A stretch of 64,000 bases of DNA from contig JAUQPU010000001.1 of NCBI GenBank assembly GCA_030550235.1, positions 381,068 to 445,067 of the forward strand. The letters are read 5' to 3'. The notes beneath the pieces are model-generated. The model worked only from the letters and a program-made list of their open reading frames with translations. It was not told where the DNA came from and did not search any database. Each line of letters begins with the position of its first letter. Position 1 is the first letter of the stretch. Source of the DNA: Thermoproteota archaeon. GTDB taxonomy: Archaea; Thermoproteota; Nitrososphaeria_A; Caldarchaeales; Calditenuaceae. The position numbers were made by a program, and so were the translations under genes. Positions 48,765 to 58,571 of the stretch are shown piece after piece.

Positions 48765-50309
48765 ATGAAGCTTGATGCAATTAACATTTTATACATTCTT
48801 ACTTTGAGTGGTTTAATTTTAGCTGGTGCCACACTGCGCCTCTATAATTTGGATGCAGAGAGCGGATGGCACGATTATGATGAAGGAGTACACCTATCGG
48901 CGGCCTTGCTTCTATCCAGAGGCTACACACCGTATGTCGACTTCTTTTTCGCCCATCCTCCACTCTCCCTCCACATCCTAACATACACTGTGGGAGATGG
49001 TGGGAGTGAGGCGTATGCACGGTCAAGGTCTGTATCAGCGGTTCTAGGATCTTTAACTTTGATAGTTTTAGCGGCTGCTGCTCATCTCTCGGTTGGAAAG
49101 ATAACTGCGCTCGCGGGAACAGCTTTTCTAGCCCTTGATGGCTTCGTTTCATACAATTCGAGGATGGTCATGCTAGAGCCCTATACCGACTTCTTCCTCT
49201 CACTATCTGTCATATGCTACGTCTTGCTTAAAAGATGTAGAAATTCTAGGCAGGAGATTCTATCCTCGACTGGCTCTGGAGTTGCTTTAGGCCTGTCTGT
49301 CTCCTCGAAAATGACCGGGCTATTCGGAGCCGCTGCAATTATACTCCACGCACTGGTGTTCAAGAGGACTCGCGCTTCTTTATTCATAATTGCCTCAGCT
49401 GCCCTGACTTATCTCTTGATAAGCGCGAAATACATCTTTGCAGACCCTGACGCATATCTTAAACAGACAGTCCTCTTCCATATCGTCAGGCCGCAAGATG
49501 GTATACCTCAGTCTGAGAGGCTTCACTGGTTACTAACATCTATCTTGGATTTAGGGGTGATGTGGGCTGGTTTTCCAGCCCTTGCCGCCGCCCTACTCAT
49601 GGCTCCACATCTCTCCCGCTCAAAAGTAATCTCTCATGAATCCTACATATGGATAATGTGGAGTCTTTCATACTTGATAGCGTTCTCCATGACAAAAACC
49701 TTCTTTGGGCATTACGTCCAACATATTATAACCCCCCTCTCCTTCGTCCCTGGCATGGCATTGGAGTTCGGGTCAAAGTTTAGGCTTCCACCTTGGAGAG
49801 GATCTATAGTCCATGTATTCTCTACCAGAATCTTACCGGTCTGGATAATATTCATGGCTCTGACACAGGCCGGCATAATATCTGCGGTTAATCCACCCGC
49901 CACGAGAGATGACACGCCTGTAATGGTGTCCATGCGGCTCATAGATCTTGGAGCAGCCAGTTTCTCCATAATCGCTTTTGAGCCCATCTACACCTTTTTA
50001 TCAAAAACAACTCCCTCAAACAGAGTCATAGATTCCTATGGGTACATGATGTATGAGGGCATGGGGTTAGGGCGCTTCGGATTCCTAGAAGCGCTCATGA
50101 AATATTTCTCTGGTGAGCTCTATAGCTCTTGGCCAATATATGAGGAGAGAATACAGGAAAAAATGGTGAGGGATATTCTCGTCAGCGACTACGTCATAAT
50201 TGACTGGCGCGCGAGATGGCAGCTTACAAGACCCTCGCTCTATACAGTCTATCAACACATGACCTGCCTCAATAGAGTAAGGGATATTGAGATCTGTGGG
50301 GTCTCATAA
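48765..50309 (+). CDS. GT-C membrane glycosyltransferase (ArnT/PMT-like)
   Basis: TM1 then DYDEGVH, G..PY.DF...HPPL, MLEP, multi-TM. Confidence 0.85.
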   Translation: MKLDAINILYILTLSGLILAGATLRLYNLDAESGWHDYDEGVHLSAALLLSRGYTPYVDFFFAHPPLSLHILTYTVGDGGSEAYARSRSVSAVLGSLTLIVLAAAAHLSVGKITALAGTAFLALDGFVSYNSRMVMLEPYTDFFLSLSVICYVLLKRCRNSRQEILSSTGSGVALGLSVSSKMTGLFGAAAIILHALVFKRTRASLFIIASAALTYLLISAKYIFADPDAYLKQTVLFHIVRPQDGIPQSERLHWLLTSILDLGVMWAGFPALAAALLMAPHLSRSKVISHESYIWIMWSLSYLIAFSMTKTFFGHYVQHIITPLSFVPGMALEFGSKFRLPPWRGSIVHVFSTRILPVWIIFMALTQAGIISAVNPPATRDDTPVMVSMRLIDLGAASFSIIAFEPIYTFLSKTTPSNRVIDSYGYMMYEGMGLGRFGFLEALMKYFSGELYSSWPIYEERIQEKMVRDILVSDYVIIDWRARWQLTRPSLYTVYQHMTCLNRVRDIEICGVS

Positions 50310-50939
50310 GTTAAGAGCCCTGGACTCGAGTTCTCGGGTAAATTCTATAAGTTCCCCGGCGAGAAAGTCAAGAAGCTCATATATCCTTTTAACGATTGGC
50401 CCAAACCTCCATTCAGAGCCAGGTCCCTTAATGGCTGTTATGAGCCATCCAATCATCTTAGGAGACTCGTAGTGTTTTCTGAGAGCATCGTCGGGCGAGC
50501 TCGCGCCGGTTAGGTCAAAGTAAGTGTTTACGTGCAGCTCATCGACGACGGAGCGCTTAAGCAGTCTTAAGAGTTGATTGTTTCTGTTTAGCCTTATCAT
50601 TAAATCATCTACGGGAGCCACATCTGGGAACACTTTGGATAAGAGCTCTGACGTTACCCACTCGTAAGAATACCTAAATATCCCCCGCCTCCTTATCTGG
50701 ACCTCTCTACGCTTCATCTCCCTATATAGCTGCCCTCCACTATCATCCACCACTTCGCGGATAATTAGAGGTGTTACAAAATGCCACTCCCAGTCGAAAG
50801 ATATCCCCACCAATCTTCGAGAAATCTTCAAGCTACGCAGCCTCGAGTCTTTGAGTAGAATCACCCATCCATCAAGGTCCCAAGAGGCACTATCCACATT
50901 TTTCCCGAGTGCTAGCTTGATAACCTCTAATTCGCTCAA
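50304..50939 (-). CDS. Hypothetical soluble protein
   Basis: 211-aa ORF filling the gap, co-oriented with the upstream DUF6785-like gene. Confidence 0.7.
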   Translation of the reverse strand: MSELEVIKLALGKNVDSASWDLDGWVILLKDSRLRSLKISRRLVGISFDWEWHFVTPLIIREVVDDSGGQLYREMKRREVQIRRRGIFRYSYEWVTSELLSKVFPDVAPVDDLMIRLNRNNQLLRLLKRSVVDELHVNTYFDLTGASSPDDALRKHYESPKMIGWLITAIKGPGSEWRFGPIVKRIYELLDFLAGELIEFTRELESRALNL

Positions 50940-50973
50940 TTTTTACCCAAGATATTTAGAGGAAATAGGGGTG

Positions 50974-50980
50974 AAAAAAA
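50974..50980 (-). terminator. Oligo-T tract directly after the stop of 50984..53074
   Basis: T7 run on the minus strand 3 nt after the stop codon. Confidence 0.35.
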
Positions 50981-50983
50981 GAT

Positions 50984-53074
50984 TTAGGGTACGAACTGGG
51001 CCGAGAATCTCGGCAGCACTACTGCGAAGAACTCTATAAGCCCCGCCAGCAGTATTGGCGCGCCAAATCCTAGGGATATTCCGGCTGCGACAGGTATAAC
51101 ATACGACTCAAACCTCCTAATGCCTATGGTCCTAATCATTATCACCTTAATTATTAGTGCAACAAGCCCTGAAAGCCAGGTCCATATCAGGCCCACCGCC
51201 ATACTCATGGTCAGCGAGGTTGGATCTATGAAGAACCATGCAAACCTCGATCTCAGGAACCAGACTACGGCAACGATTATGATTCCAATCAAGCCGTAGG
51301 TGAGCCCTGGAGCCCAGTCAACCGCGCCGACTGGTACATACGAGGTGCCTCCAATGAAGTTGCTGAACTTCATGCCCGCAGTCCAAGACCATGCATTAGA
51401 GTTTGCAAGCCCACCTGCATGGTTCAGAAGCCAAATCCTCCAGATGTATCCGAAGACAACGCCAATCGCGATAATCGTGGCTGCTGATACAAGTGCGTCA
51501 CGGACGTTTGTGCCTGTATCTCTAGCGATCTTGTAGTAGGATACTGCTGCTCCAGGCCCGAAGCCATTAACCCTCAGCGTCCACGTGTTGTTGAAGGGAA
51601 TAGTTAGTATTCCTGTCGCGAAGAGCCCTGAGTTTGTTGTGCCCGTTGTCGGTACTGTACCTGGCCAGTAACCAAGGGCAACACCTAGCGGGAAGATATA
51701 TGTTCCAACCCCTCCATTGTTTGCGAAGTCGTCGACGTGCCACCACATGGTCGCAGTTACTCTGGCAAGCGCGCTCCAGTAGATATATGCGAAGACGACC
51801 ATTGCTAGGGAGATGATAAACGGCACACCAGAGGCAGTGAAGAGCGCTAGAATGGCTATCGTGACAATAAGTCCAAACCAAGCTATGGATCTCGTAGATA
51901 GTCCATATTCGTCTTCAGACTTTCCTGTCAGGGCCCTAGCAAGGTCAACAAATCTTGACCTCAGAGTTATCAGGGTAATTATACCCAGTCCCACCATCAT
52001 TCCTAGTATTCCAACGGTTCTGTAGGGGAATGGGAACCAGTTGGCGGGTATGTCCTCCCAATTCCATAGAAACTCCATTCCTGGGTTGTAGGGGAGTGAC
52101 CCAGTTATGACGCCGATCCACTGATAGAGTAGGCCGAAGACAACATACGCTAGTACGGCTGTTATGAGCAGATTGTTTGGGAGGAGTAGCCACAGGGCCA
52201 CTTGGTCGACTTGGAAGACACCCTTTGCCATTGCTCCTGGCATTATGGATGGAAGCCCAAAGATCAATATCGGCTGTTCTCCCCAAGCAAATGCCCCGAA
52301 TACTGCTAGTGGTGGCACGATCTCGCCGAAAACAGGAATAAGCGACGCTATCAGCCCGATGAAGAATGCGACCCAGAAGACCCTAAGGGTTGGCTCCTGT
52401 ATTCGGAACCATCGAGACTTGTTGGTGGTCGGGTCAATGTCGGAGGCATTTCTAACCATGTATACCATAGGGATTGAAAGAGGGAAGATTAGGCGCTCAA
52501 CATCTACCCATCTTCTCCCCCAAACGCCGAAGCCCAGGAAGAGAGCCAAGTAGTACATGAGGATGGTATAGAGTGACCAGTAGATTATTGGCGGTAGGAA
52601 CTCTCCCCAAAGGATTTGTTGCCCCGGTGTTAGCCCAGTCTGCCAGGCCGCAATCATTGTGGGGTCTTTCGGGAACATCCACGGCGGCGTCATCGCCCTC
52701 CAATAAGTCCCCGTAGTGGGGTCATTCATCCCCGCCCCAACCGATACAATCGTCTTCTCGATATAGCCAGAGAGAGCCTCACCACCGCTCAAGGCACCTT
52801 TAGGATAGTACTTTATACTATTCACAAGCGCAAGTGCCGGAAAGATACAAACAAGCTCCTGTGCGGTGAGCCTCAGCCTAGGGTTTGACCGGCCTATAAG
52901 CTCGTTCAGCAGCACGATGTAGATAAACGGAACCCAGAATGCATTGATAGTACCGGTCTTTGATGTGTATAGCCAAGTCATGTCGCCGATTGCTTGGGCG
53001 ACGATAACCAAGATTGCGCCGATCAATATTGACCTTGTGGTCAATCCCCTTATAGAGGCTATTTGTGTGCTCAT
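50984..53074 (-). CDS. OPT-superfamily-like multi-TM protein (DUF6785/DUF6784-like)
   Basis: GLT.RS..IG, L...EL..IF, P.W..P, W..W..P...WS, RRW.D.ERL.FPL, C-terminal A.G...G; assignment from recalled motifs. Confidence 0.72.
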   Translation of the reverse strand: MSTQIASIRGLTTRSILIGAILVIVAQAIGDMTWLYTSKTGTINAFWVPFIYIVLLNELIGRSNPRLRLTAQELVCIFPALALVNSIKYYPKGALSGGEALSGYIEKTIVSVGAGMNDPTTGTYWRAMTPPWMFPKDPTMIAAWQTGLTPGQQILWGEFLPPIIYWSLYTILMYYLALFLGFGVWGRRWVDVERLIFPLSIPMVYMVRNASDIDPTTNKSRWFRIQEPTLRVFWVAFFIGLIASLIPVFGEIVPPLAVFGAFAWGEQPILIFGLPSIMPGAMAKGVFQVDQVALWLLLPNNLLITAVLAYVVFGLLYQWIGVITGSLPYNPGMEFLWNWEDIPANWFPFPYRTVGILGMMVGLGIITLITLRSRFVDLARALTGKSEDEYGLSTRSIAWFGLIVTIAILALFTASGVPFIISLAMVVFAYIYWSALARVTATMWWHVDDFANNGGVGTYIFPLGVALGYWPGTVPTTGTTNSGLFATGILTIPFNNTWTLRVNGFGPGAAVSYYKIARDTGTNVRDALVSAATIIAIGVVFGYIWRIWLLNHAGGLANSNAWSWTAGMKFSNFIGGTSYVPVGAVDWAPGLTYGLIGIIIVAVVWFLRSRFAWFFIDPTSLTMSMAVGLIWTWLSGLVALIIKVIMIRTIGIRRFESYVIPVAAGISLGFGAPILLAGLIEFFAVVLPRFSAQFVP

Positions 53075-53189
53075 TCTCAGCTAAGCGTAAATTATGCCAG
53101 TATATAAATTTTTTAACACGACTCCTCGCACTTTAACTTCAAGCGTATAAACCTATAAAGCAGTCCGAATTAGTTGGGTTGCAACCGGT

Positions 53190-55097
53190 ATGTCCACGGA
53201 GCTTGAGAAAACTTCACCGGTTGAATTACTTGAATATGGCATCTCGTGGAGGGTAATCCTAGCTATCTTGACTGCCGCTGTCCTTTTCATCCCCGTCTCA
53301 CTATACCTCAACCTCATATCAGGGGCCCTCTCGCCCGCGATAGCTGTCACGATAATCGCTATACTCTTCGCAGAGCTGACCAGGTTCTTCGGAGCTCCAC
53401 TAAGGAAACAGGAGCTGTTTGTAATATACAGTAGCGTTGCAGTTATGTCATCTACTCTACCACCCTATTACTGGCTAGTTTATAGAACATTTTATGTTAC
53501 GACGCCGATTACCCAATACTTCTTAATTGATGGAACGCCCATCAATCAACTAGTCCCTACGTGGTTGGCACCACCTGCCTTTTCACCAGTCTATCAGCTG
53601 AGAACGCTTCTCCACCCCGACTGGACTTACGCATTAATCGTGACCGGATTATCATTCGCACTGCTAGCTATGGCGGAGATAGGCTTAGCCATCATGTTCA
53701 CATACATATTTGTAAAAGAGGAGAAGCTGAATTATCCACTAGCGCATGTAGAAGCCTCCCTGATAAGCGTCCTTATAGAGAGGGAGGAACAGCACATGTC
53801 CATATACATTCTGGGCATAGTGACAGGTGTTGTCTACGCCTTCATGACTTATGCAGGCTTCCTACTCGGTGTGCCTCTTCTCCCGATACCCTGGTTCGAT
53901 TTTGTCTGGATCACCGAGAAATATATTCCAGGAGCCCTGGTTGGTGTGGCGACAGACCCATTCACACTTGGGCTCGGAATGGTTCTCCCAGTCAAGGTCG
54001 CAGTATCAACACTGATAGGATCTATAGCAATATGGATCATCGCTAACACTATCTTCACCTCATCCCCCAACTTCTTCCCCCTCTGGTTCTCAGAATACTA
54101 TAAAGGAATGACTATAGGCTCGATATATCAGCGGTCCTTCCAGAGAATCTGGATTAGTCCACAGTTCGGCTTCATAATCGGAATAGCAGTCGCCTTGATA
54201 CTAGCGTTTCGAAAGACAATTCTACGGAGTTTTAGACTATTTGCATCGGCAATCGTTAGGCCAAGGGAGACAGAGCTCCCATTAAGGTTCGCACTAACTC
54301 TATTCCTAGTTGCATCGATTGGTTCTGTAATTCTCTTCCTGATATTGGTACCTGGGTTTCCCGCTTGGATTGCACTGGTTACTTCTCTTGTTTTGAGCTT
54401 CTTCATAGCGATGGTCGCTGCAAGATCTCTCGGAGAAGTAGGATACTTTCCAGCAATTCCATGGCCCTGGCAAGTTATTGTCTATTTCACTCCATATAAT
54501 GGCTACGCTGGATGGGTTTATTCCCCCTACATAAACCTAGGATATACTGGCTACCTCTCACAACTTGGTAAGGTCAGCTACCTCACCTCAACGCGCCCAA
54601 CCCACTATTTCATAGGAGTCGCAGGTGCATTCGCATTAATCGGCATAATTGGATTAATATCAATGGACTTCTTCTGGAGGCTATCACCTATACCCTCAAA
54701 TGTCTACCCAATCACGATGATTTACTGGCCCATCTATGCGACTAACGATAGTCTATTCGCTACGCGCCAGATTGCCGTTATACCTGAACACATCGGCATA
54801 GGGGCTCTCTCGACTCTTGGAATAGTATCCTTGGAGGTCTTGTTCCGAAGGATTGGTCTGGCGTTCCCCACATTCCCAATAGTGCTGGGATTCTTCATAC
54901 TTCCTCCATACGCTATAACTATACTAATAGGTTCACTGCTGGCGAATATTATCATTTCCAAGACGTTCGGGAAGGAAAGGTGGGAGGCCATAAAAAACTT
55001 CTTCATAGCTGGCTTCTTCTCCGGTCTAGGTATCACGGTTGGTGTCGGAATATCGTTTACGCTGCTTTCAAAGGCGTCCTGGATCTGGCCTTGGTGA
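53190..55097 (+). CDS. OPT-family-like (peptide) transporter
   Basis: G.SWR.I......LF.P...YL.L..G, LF.E..R.....L.KQE, E.L.YPLA, W...PIPS..YP.T...W. Confidence 0.75.
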   Translation: MSTELEKTSPVELLEYGISWRVILAILTAAVLFIPVSLYLNLISGALSPAIAVTIIAILFAELTRFFGAPLRKQELFVIYSSVAVMSSTLPPYYWLVYRTFYVTTPITQYFLIDGTPINQLVPTWLAPPAFSPVYQLRTLLHPDWTYALIVTGLSFALLAMAEIGLAIMFTYIFVKEEKLNYPLAHVEASLISVLIEREEQHMSIYILGIVTGVVYAFMTYAGFLLGVPLLPIPWFDFVWITEKYIPGALVGVATDPFTLGLGMVLPVKVAVSTLIGSIAIWIIANTIFTSSPNFFPLWFSEYYKGMTIGSIYQRSFQRIWISPQFGFIIGIAVALILAFRKTILRSFRLFASAIVRPRETELPLRFALTLFLVASIGSVILFLILVPGFPAWIALVTSLVLSFFIAMVAARSLGEVGYFPAIPWPWQVIVYFTPYNGYAGWVYSPYINLGYTGYLSQLGKVSYLTSTRPTHYFIGVAGAFALIGIIGLISMDFFWRLSPIPSNVYPITMIYWPIYATNDSLFATRQIAVIPEHIGIGALSTLGIVSLEVLFRRIGLAFPTFPIVLGFFILPPYAITILIGSLLANIIISKTFGKERWEAIKNFFIAGFFSGLGITVGVGISFTLLSKASWIWPW

Positions 55098-55135
55098 CTC
55101 AAACAATTATATTCCCGTCTCAAAGGTGAATAGGC

Positions 55136-55933
55136 GTGAAGCTCTCATGCCAGGATAATCTTGTACCGGGCAGCACCTTGACTGAGAAGCTTGAGAACTT
55201 GGAGAAGCTGGGATTCAGCGGAATAGAGCTTTGGGGTAGGCCTCACCTGGGCGAGAATCTTAGAGAGGTGAAGGATACGCTGGCATCTTTTAAAGTGAGC
55301 CCATCGGTCATCTGCGCAGGGTACAGTGGAGACCTCCTCAGTCCTGAGCCTAAGGCAAGAGCTGAAGCAGTTCAGGGGATAGTTCAGAGGCTTGAATGGG
55401 CCAGCGAGATTGGGGCCGTAGGCGTCATATTCGTCCCAACATTTGGTGGAGCCAAACTTCCTGATCTATCACCGCTCTATCAAAACGTCATCGAACTTGA
55501 AAAAAGATTGCTGGTAGCTGAGTGTAAGACTCTGGCTAAGAAGGGGGAGGAGCTGGGTGTATGCGCCATATTAGAGCCGCTCAACAGATACGAGACACAT
55601 CTGATAAATACTCTCAAACAAGGATTAGAGATTATAAGGGAAGTAAACTATGAAGGTTTAAGGCTGATGGCCGATTTCTTTCACATGAACATAGAGGAGA
55701 GTAACATCGATGACGCTTTGTCAGAAGCGTCAGACTACTTGGTGCATGTGCACCTAGCCGACAGCAACAGATGCCTCCCAGGCTACGGGCACACTGATTT
55801 CACACCCATAAAGATACTTCTATCAAGAGGGTACAGCAAGTATTTCTCGCTGGAGTGCAGAATAATTGGCGACCCACTGGAGGAGCTGAGAAAATTTGTA
55901 AAATTTATTTCTAAATATGGTGATGTGAGATGA
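55136..55933 (+). CDS. Sugar phosphate isomerase/epimerase, YcjR-like
   Basis: LEPLNRYE.H.INTL, DFFHMNIEE, HVHLADSNR..PG.G..DF, LEC. Confidence 0.9.
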   Translation: MKLSCQDNLVPGSTLTEKLENLEKLGFSGIELWGRPHLGENLREVKDTLASFKVSPSVICAGYSGDLLSPEPKARAEAVQGIVQRLEWASEIGAVGVIFVPTFGGAKLPDLSPLYQNVIELEKRLLVAECKTLAKKGEELGVCAILEPLNRYETHLINTLKQGLEIIREVNYEGLRLMADFFHMNIEESNIDDALSEASDYLVHVHLADSNRCLPGYGHTDFTPIKILLSRGYSKYFSLECRIIGDPLEELRKFVKFISKYGDVR

Positions 55934-56910
55934 ATCCGATAGGTATAGTTTTAATTGGCTGTGGCGGCATAATGAATGTCCATGCAAAGAGTCTAATGAC
56001 GTTAAGGGATGGTGTCCGCGTTGTAGCTTGTGCTGACATTGTGAAGGAGAGGGCAGAAGAGTTTGCAAATAGGTTTGGATGCGCGGCCTATACGGATCCT
56101 GTGGAAGCTGTGTCCGAGACGCATCCTGACGTCGCAATAATAGCTGTCCCGCCAAATGCACATGGATTTGAGGAAGAGATAATCGAGCATGGAGTTCACC
56201 TCTTGATAGAAAAGCCTGTGGCAATAAATCTAGAAGTAGCCTCACGCATACTGCGTAAGATTGAGAAGGCCGGAGTTATCAATAGTGTAGGCTACATGTG
56301 GAGATATCTTGATGTTGTCCAGATAGCGAAGAAAGAGATCTCCAACCCCGCTGATATCGGGATGATTTATGGACAGTATGTTTGGGCAGCGAACTTTCCG
56401 CCTGGGCACTGGTGGTTGAGAAAATCCCAGAGCGGCGGGCAGATAGTCGAGCAAGTCACACATATGGTCGACCTAATAAGATACTTCGCGGGGGAGGCTT
56501 CTTCAGTCTATGCAAGGCTTGAAAAAAGGCTCTCGAAGGATGAGGCAATAGACGTTGAGGATTCCTCCGTAATCACTATCAGGCATAAAAGCGGCGTCAC
56601 ATCCACGATAGTGGCCACCTGGAAGAGTACAAACACAATGCAGGATACGTTCATACGGATATTTGCCAGAGACCTAGTGGCAGATATTGTTGGGCATCAG
56701 AGGAAAGCAACATTCTATAGGACCAATAAGGTTGAGGAACTGAGGAGTGCTGTTGACCCATATCTTGAGGAGCTACGGACATTTGTTGAGGCTGTACGAA
56801 CCGGAGATCAGTCTAGAATACTTTCACCCTATTCGGACGCATACAAGACCCTCGAGTTGACCATCAAGGCGAATGAATCTCACAAGTTGGCCAGGATAAT
56901 CGAGGTTTGA
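55930..56910 (+). CDS. Gfo/Idh/MocA-family NAD(P)-dependent oxidoreductase
   Basis: IGCGGI...H, PP..H, EKP, VGY..R, SGG...EQ..H..D. Confidence 0.93.
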   Translation: MNPIGIVLIGCGGIMNVHAKSLMTLRDGVRVVACADIVKERAEEFANRFGCAAYTDPVEAVSETHPDVAIIAVPPNAHGFEEEIIEHGVHLLIEKPVAINLEVASRILRKIEKAGVINSVGYMWRYLDVVQIAKKEISNPADIGMIYGQYVWAANFPPGHWWLRKSQSGGQIVEQVTHMVDLIRYFAGEASSVYARLEKRLSKDEAIDVEDSSVITIRHKSGVTSTIVATWKSTNTMQDTFIRIFARDLVADIVGHQRKATFYRTNKVEELRSAVDPYLEELRTFVEAVRTGDQSRILSPYSDAYKTLELTIKANESHKLARIIEV

Positions 56911-58571
56911 GTGGTCAGCAGCTAAACAAAAGGTACGCAGTCGCCCTTTGCGTGACCCTCCTCTCTTACTGGCTATTTAGCAGTGGGGTATTCTCATATC
57001 AATATGTGCCATTGACTTCCATGCCGGCGTACAAGCCCTATTTTCAGGATGTCACGAGTGATTCAGGTCTCTTAGTAAGAGTAGTCGATGACCGAGAGAT
57101 GGTATGGATCCCGGGCGGTGGGAGCTGTTGGGGAGATTACGATAGGGATGGCGACCTAGACGTTTATGTCGTGGGCTGGAATGCAACTGGAAGGTTATTC
57201 AGGAATGATGGCGGCCTGTTTACGGATGTGACGCGTGAGTCTGGACTTCTTATCGAGGGTATTGTTGCCGGGAAGGGAATGGGCTGCTCTTGGGCCGACT
57301 ATGATAACAGTGGATTTCCATCTCTGCTTGTAACCTTCTACGATTCTCCCTATGGCAATGTTCACCTGTTTAAAAACCTGGGCGATGGCTCGTTTAGGCT
57401 TGTAACAGATGAGGTGGGCCTCTCTCTTAATCATGGAAGATATGCCTCTGGGGTCGCCTGGGGAGATGTAAATAGGGACGGATGTCTTGACCTCTATATA
57501 GGCTACTACATCAACCTCCGACAGGTCAAAGAGGGCGCAATATTCAGCCAAGGCTCTGGAAATCAGCTCTTCATCAACAACTGTGACGGCTCCTTCAGAG
57601 AATCCGCTGAAATCTACGGTGTCGTTGACTATGGCTATACATTCCAACCCATTTTCATAGACTACGACCTAGACTTTTTCCCTGACCTTTTCCTGGCCAA
57701 TGACTTCGGATACACGAGGCTGTATAGGAACGAGGAGGGTAGGCGTTTCATCCTATCCGCATCGTCTATAGGTGCTGAGAGAGTAGGACAGTGGATGGGG
57801 GTAGCGTATGGGGACTTAGACATGGATGGATACTGGGATATAATTGTGACAAATTACGACGACAACCTCCTCCTAAAATATACAGGTGCGTATTTTAACG
57901 ATATCACGGCAAGGCTCAGGCTAACAGATCCCTACCAGGTCGGCTGGGGAGTATGCATCATCGACATAGACAATAATGGCCTTCTCGACATAATAGTGGC
58001 TAATGGTAAGATAGGCGTTAGGACTGACAAGCCAAGCAATCAAGTTAACAGGGTCTTCTATAATGCTGGGCCATTCTTCTATGATGCCACGTGGCATGCG
58101 GGGCTCATAAGACATGTCAACACACGTGGATTGTCATGCGTGGACATGGACAAAGACGGAGGCGTTGACCTACTATTCTATGACTTACTAGGGTATCCTA
58201 TACTGTATAGAAACCTGATATCGAATTATACAGGCAATCGGTGGGTTCAGGTGAGGCTCGAGGGGGCTACCTGGCTCTGCGGCGCCTGCACCTACAGGAC
58301 TAGCAGGGAGGCTGTAGGCGCTGTAGTGGAGGTGGAGTCTTTAGGTAAGATTTACCGTCAGACAGTTACAAAGGGTACTTCATTCATGTCAGATAATGGC
58401 CCCTGGCTGTACTTTGGCTTAGGGCGGGCCTCTCGTATTGAGAGATTGACAGTCTATTGGCCTAGTGGAATAGTAGAGAATTATAGAGACCTCCCGGTAA
58501 ATAGTGTAATCTTGATCGTGGAGCAAGGGGGTTGCAGTGTGATCGGTGGATTGTCGGGGCATGAAGAGTGA
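56907..58571 (+). CDS. CRTAC1/ASPIC-UnbV family FG-GAP repeat protein, membrane-anchored or secreted
   Basis: Repeated W.DYD.DG..D.., F.DVT..SGL; C-terminal GA.V.V...Q.......S......FGLG....V.WPSG UnbV domain. Confidence 0.92.
   Translation: MSGQQLNKRYAVALCVTLLSYWLFSSGVFSYQYVPLTSMPAYKPYFQDVTSDSGLLVRVVDDREMVWIPGGGSCWGDYDRDGDLDVYVVGWNATGRLFRNDGGLFTDVTRESGLLIEGIVAGKGMGCSWADYDNSGFPSLLVTFYDSPYGNVHLFKNLGDGSFRLVTDEVGLSLNHGRYASGVAWGDVNRDGCLDLYIGYYINLRQVKEGAIFSQGSGNQLFINNCDGSFRESAEIYGVVDYGYTFQPIFIDYDLDFFPDLFLANDFGYTRLYRNEEGRRFILSASSIGAERVGQWMGVAYGDLDMDGYWDIIVTNYDDNLLLKYTGAYFNDITARLRLTDPYQVGWGVCIIDIDNNGLLDIIVANGKIGVRTDKPSNQVNRVFYNAGPFFYDATWHAGLIRHVNTRGLSCVDMDKDGGVDLLFYDLLGYPILYRNLISNYTGNRWVQVRLEGATWLCGACTYRTSREAVGAVVEVESLGKIYRQTVTKGTSFMSDNGPWLYFGLGRASRIERLTVYWPSGIVENYRDLPVNSVILIVEQGGCSVIGGLSGHEE

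Noticed and set aside
57130..58190. Recurrent DxDxDG-encoding segments
   Set aside because: Protein-level FG-GAP repeats, not a DNA repeat array or CRISPR
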